A program made the translations under genes and the position numbers. A stretch of 51,950 bases of DNA from NCBI GenBank assembly GCA_038320275.1, contig JBBQEB010000007.1, forward strand, positions 1 through 51,950. The letters are read 5' to 3'. A model generated the notes under the pieces. It was not told the DNA's origin. It searched no databases and saw nothing but the letters and a program-made list of their open reading frames with translations. Below, one piece after another: positions 49,583-51,950 of the stretch. Each line of letters starts with the position of its first letter. Position 1 is the first letter of the stretch. Origin of the DNA: Myxococcales bacterium (lineage in GTDB: Bacteria > Myxococcota > Myxococcia > Myxococcales > Anaeromyxobacteraceae).

Positions 49583-51403
49583 TCAGAGCTCGTCGATGCT
49601 GGTCACGTCGCCGTCCAGGATGCGCGCGGCTTCCTGGACGCGCGGATGCGCGCGCGCCCTCTCCCGAACGGACGCCTCGCGCGCGCGGCGCTCCGCCTGC
49701 TCCTGAGTCGCCAGGGTGGGAGCGCTCGCGGGCGCGGTCTCGCCGGCGGCGAGGGGGGCGCCCTGCACGGCCACGAGCCGCGTGGGGCGGCCGAACACGC
49801 GGGCGAAGCTCGCCTCGATCTCGGCGCGGCGGCGCTCCAACGTGGGCAGCGCGAGCCCGGGCGGCATCCTCAGGCTGACCTCGCCCTCGGCGAGGCTCAC
49901 GAGAGTGCCCTGCTTGAGGGCATTGGCGATGCCGGGACTCGAGCGCTCGATCTCCGCGACGGCGGCCCGCCAGCGGTCGGCGGGAGGGTCGCCGGAGTCT
50001 AATTCGACGATCGCCGGCTGCGCCGGTCTCGGCCTGTCTCGGGTGGAGGGTGGGGTCGGCGTCGAGGTCGGAGTCGCGGTCGCGGTCGCGGTCGCGGTCG
50101 GAGTCGAGGTCGGAGTCGAGGTCGAGGTCGGAGTCGAGGTCGAGGTCGGGGTCGCGGCGGAGGTCGCGGTCGGGGTCGGGGTCCCGCTCCCCACCCGCTG
50201 CGCTCCCCCCGCGCACCCGGAGCTTCCACCCGTCAGCGGCCCCGAGCCTCCTCCGCCTCCCTGGGCCGCGGGCCCTGCGCGCCCCTCCAGCCGTGTCAGG
50301 AGCTCGCTCAGGTCGGTGCCGGGCGCGAGGAAGCACGCCTTCAGCAGCGCGACCTCCAGCGCATAGCGGGGCTGCTCGGAGGCCTTCACCTCGGCCACCG
50401 CCGTCTGGACGATGTCGAAGAGCCGCGTGAGCTGGGCCGCGGGCGCAGCCTGCGCCTGCGCGAGCACCTCCCGGCGCGCGGCGTCGGTGAGGTCGAGCGG
50501 TGTCGCCGGCGCGAGCTTCGCGACCACCACGTCGCGCAGGTGGCGCACCAGCTCCTCCGCCACCCGCTTCATCTCGTGACCTCGCGCGTACAGCGCAGCC
50601 AGATCGGCGAGGATGGCACCCCCATCCCTCCGCACCAGCGCTGCGGCGATGCGGGCTACCGCCTCGACGTCCACCGCGCCCACCGCCTCGGCGACGGCCG
50701 CGTCGTCGGCCTCCTCGCCGCAGGACGCCCGCACCTGGTCGAGCATGGAGAGCGCGTCGCGCATCCCGCCCTCGGCCTGGCGCGCGACCAGCCCCAGCGC
50801 CGCGTCGGAGACGCGCAGCCCCTCGCTGTCGGCCACCTTCCGGAGCTGCGCGACGAGCTGCACCTGGGTGAGCCGGCGGAAGTCGAAGCGCTGGCAGCGG
50901 GAGACGATGGTCTCCGGCACCTTGTGGACGTCGGTGGTTGCGAGGACGAACTTCACGTGCGGCGGAGGCTCCTCCAGCGTCTTGAGGAGCGCGTTGAAGG
51001 CGCCCGTCGAGAGCATGTGGACCTCGTCGATGACGAACACCTTGAAGCGGTCGCGCGCGGGCCGGTACTTCACCGCCTCGACGATGTCGCGGACGTTGTC
51101 GACGCCGTTGTTGGAGGCAGCGTCGATCTCGATGACATCGACCGAGCGCCCCTCGGCGATCTCGACGCAGGGCGGGCAGACCCCGCACGGCTCGGCGGTG
51201 GGCCCCTTCTCACAGTTGAGCGCCTTGGCGACCAGGCGCGCGGAGGTGGTCTTCCCCACGCCGCGCGGGCCGGTGAACAGGAAGGCGTGAGCGAGCTGGC
51301 CGGTCCGGAGCGCGTTCGAGAGCGTGCGGACGACGTGCTCCTGCCCGGACATCTCCGCGAACGTGCGGGGGCGATACTTGCGAGCGAGGACGAGGTACGC
51401 CAT
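49583..51403 (-). CDS. dnaX: DNA polymerase III subunit gamma/tau
   Basis: LARKYRP, GPRGVGKTT, EIDAASN, IDEVHML, LLKTLEEPP and SRCQRF motifs; low-complexity PT/ST linker before the C-terminal domain. Confidence 0.97.
   Translation of the reverse strand: MAYLVLARKYRPRTFAEMSGQEHVVRTLSNALRTGQLAHAFLFTGPRGVGKTTSARLVAKALNCEKGPTAEPCGVCPPCVEIAEGRSVDVIEIDAASNNGVDNVRDIVEAVKYRPARDRFKVFVIDEVHMLSTGAFNALLKTLEEPPPHVKFVLATTDVHKVPETIVSRCQRFDFRRLTQVQLVAQLRKVADSEGLRVSDAALGLVARQAEGGMRDALSMLDQVRASCGEEADDAAVAEAVGAVDVEAVARIAAALVRRDGGAILADLAALYARGHEMKRVAEELVRHLRDVVVAKLAPATPLDLTDAARREVLAQAQAAPAAQLTRLFDIVQTAVAEVKASEQPRYALEVALLKACFLAPGTDLSELLTRLEGRAGPAAQGGGGGSGPLTGGSSGCAGGAQRVGSGTPTPTATSAATPTSTSTPTSTSTPTSTPTATATATATPTSTPTPPSTRDRPRPAQPAIVELDSGDPPADRWRAAVAEIERSSPGIANALKQGTLVSLAEGEVSLRMPPGLALPTLERRRAEIEASFARVFGRPTRLVAVQGAPLAAGETAPASAPTLATQEQAERRAREASVRERARAHPRVQEAARILDGDVTSIDEL
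50052..50183. repeat. In-frame hexamer run (NNGTCG)n encoding the TP/TS/TA linker of DnaX
   Basis: About 22 consecutive, mostly NNGTCG hexamers translating as TPTPTATSAATPTSTSTPTSTSTPTSTPTATATATATPTSTPTP. Confidence 0.85.
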
Positions 51404-51470
51404 GGCGGGGGGCGATTCAGCTACCAGCTTTAGCTCCCGCGCGGAAGGGCCGCACGCGACCGGAAACTGC

Positions 51471-51582
51471 CAAGCCGGCCCACAATCCCCGGGCGCACGG
51501 AGGAACCTCTACCGTTGCTCCCTTCCGGGCCTGGCGGAGTTCGAAGCGCCCCACGTCGCCCGAGGATTCTGGGCCGGCTCGC
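51471..51582 (-). ncRNA. ffs: Signal recognition particle RNA (4.5S)
   Basis: Conserved core CCAGGCCCGGAAGGGAGCAAC closed by a long stem (GAGCCGGCCCA-GAAUCCUCGGGCG / CGCCCGGGGAUU-GUGGGCCGGCUU); upstream of dnaX. Confidence 0.92.
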
Positions 51583-51603
51583 ACCGGCGACCATCGTTCA
51601 GAC

Positions 51604-51693
51604 TGGCGGAGAGGGTGGGATTTGAACCCACGGTCCGGTTCCCCGGACACACGATTTCCAGTCGTGCACCTTCGGCCGCTCGGTCACCTCTCC
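51604..51693 (-). tRNA. tRNA-Ser (anticodon GGA)
   Basis: Acceptor stem GGAGAGG/CCTCTCC, anticodon arm CACGA-CTGGAAA-TCGTG, long variable arm, T arm GTGGG-TTCAAAT-CCCAC, G discriminator and encoded CCA. Confidence 0.97.
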
Positions 51694-51700
51694 ATTCTAG

Positions 51701-51727
51701 ATGGGGGGGCTCAGAAGGCCCCCCCAT
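51701..51727. repeat. Perfect 10-bp-stem hairpin immediately 5' of tRNA-Ser
   Basis: ATGGGGGGGC-TCAGAAG-GCCCCCCCAT. Confidence 0.7.
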
Positions 51728-51731
51728 TCCC

Positions 51732-51950
51732 CCCGCTCGTTCCGGGGCAGCCTCATCCGGCTGCCCCTTCACTCGCAAGATCCTGGCGAATCTCTCACGA
51801 ACCGCACTGCCGCCCGCTCGTTCCGGGGCAGCCTCATCCGGCTGCCCCTTCACTCGCAAGATCCTGGCGAATCTCTCACGAACCGCACTGCCGCCCGCTC
51901 GTTCCGGGGCAGCCTCATCCGGCTGCCCCTTCACTCGCAAGATCCTGGCG
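51732..51950. repeat. Perfect 81-bp tandem repeat, at least 2.7 copies, truncated by the window edge
   Basis: Units start at 51732, 51813 and 51894; each contains the hairpin GGGGCAGCC-TCATCC-GGCTGCCCC. Confidence 0.95.

Noticed and set aside
49583..51403. Programmed frameshift producing the gamma subunit
   Set aside because: No A-AAA-AAG or poly-A slippery site was seen in the gene.
51604..51693. tRNA as integration site of an island
   Set aside because: No integrase or duplicated tRNA 3' end was noticed; the downstream ffs-dnaX-ybaB-recR order is intact.
51509..51940. 143-aa repeat-protein ORF
   Set aside because: It runs through tRNA-Ser and ffs; the frame is open mainly because the unit is 81 bp and GC-rich.
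51732..51950. CRISPR array interpretation of the hairpin repeats
   Set aside because: The sequences between hairpins are identical, so there are no unique spacers, and no cas genes are in the window.

Overview
Very GC-rich bacterial chromosome segment, most consistent with an Anaeromyxobacter-like Myxococcota. This is inferred from mglBA lying downstream of dnaX-ybaB-recR, a MYXO-CTERM-like tail, and NNGTCG hexamer runs. Left to right: (1) partial ferritin/rubrerythrin-like gene; (2) kdgT-DUF1537 kinase-pdxA2 four-carbon acid-sugar catabolic operon; (3) Gre-like factor; (4) selenocysteine (UGA+SECIS) Tat-exported formate dehydrogenase whose Fe-S subunit is fused to an NrfD/HybB-type membrane subunit, plus fdhE; (5) moaA-mobA behind a Moco riboswitch; (6) an accessory block with aldo-keto reductase, DUF2141, unknown secreted and CxxCH proteins, a CurA-like oxidoreductase, an orphan PurD-like ATP-grasp enzyme converging on an NPPY methyltransferase + heme-oxygenase-like diiron oxidase pair, a TreS-like GH13, acyl-CoA dehydrogenase, msrB and an MBL hydrolase; (7) a DUF4091/GH123-like surface protein whose frame runs 616 bp into the opposing PfkB gene; (8) TetR-controlled RND efflux operon; (9) M1 peptidase, amidase, PilZ, FlK thioesterase and WS/DGAT; (10) TPR lipoprotein, mglA-mglB, recR-ybaB-dnaX, SRP RNA, tRNA-Ser(GGA), and an 81-bp hairpin-containing tandem repeat running off the right edge. 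The best candidates for new biology are the ATP-grasp/diiron oxidase/methyltransferase trio, the fused FdnH-HybB subunit, the stop-less MYXO-CTERM protein and the tRNA-adjacent repeat. No transposase, integrase, prophage or CRISPR array was seen. All family calls are by motif recognition; no database searches were run.
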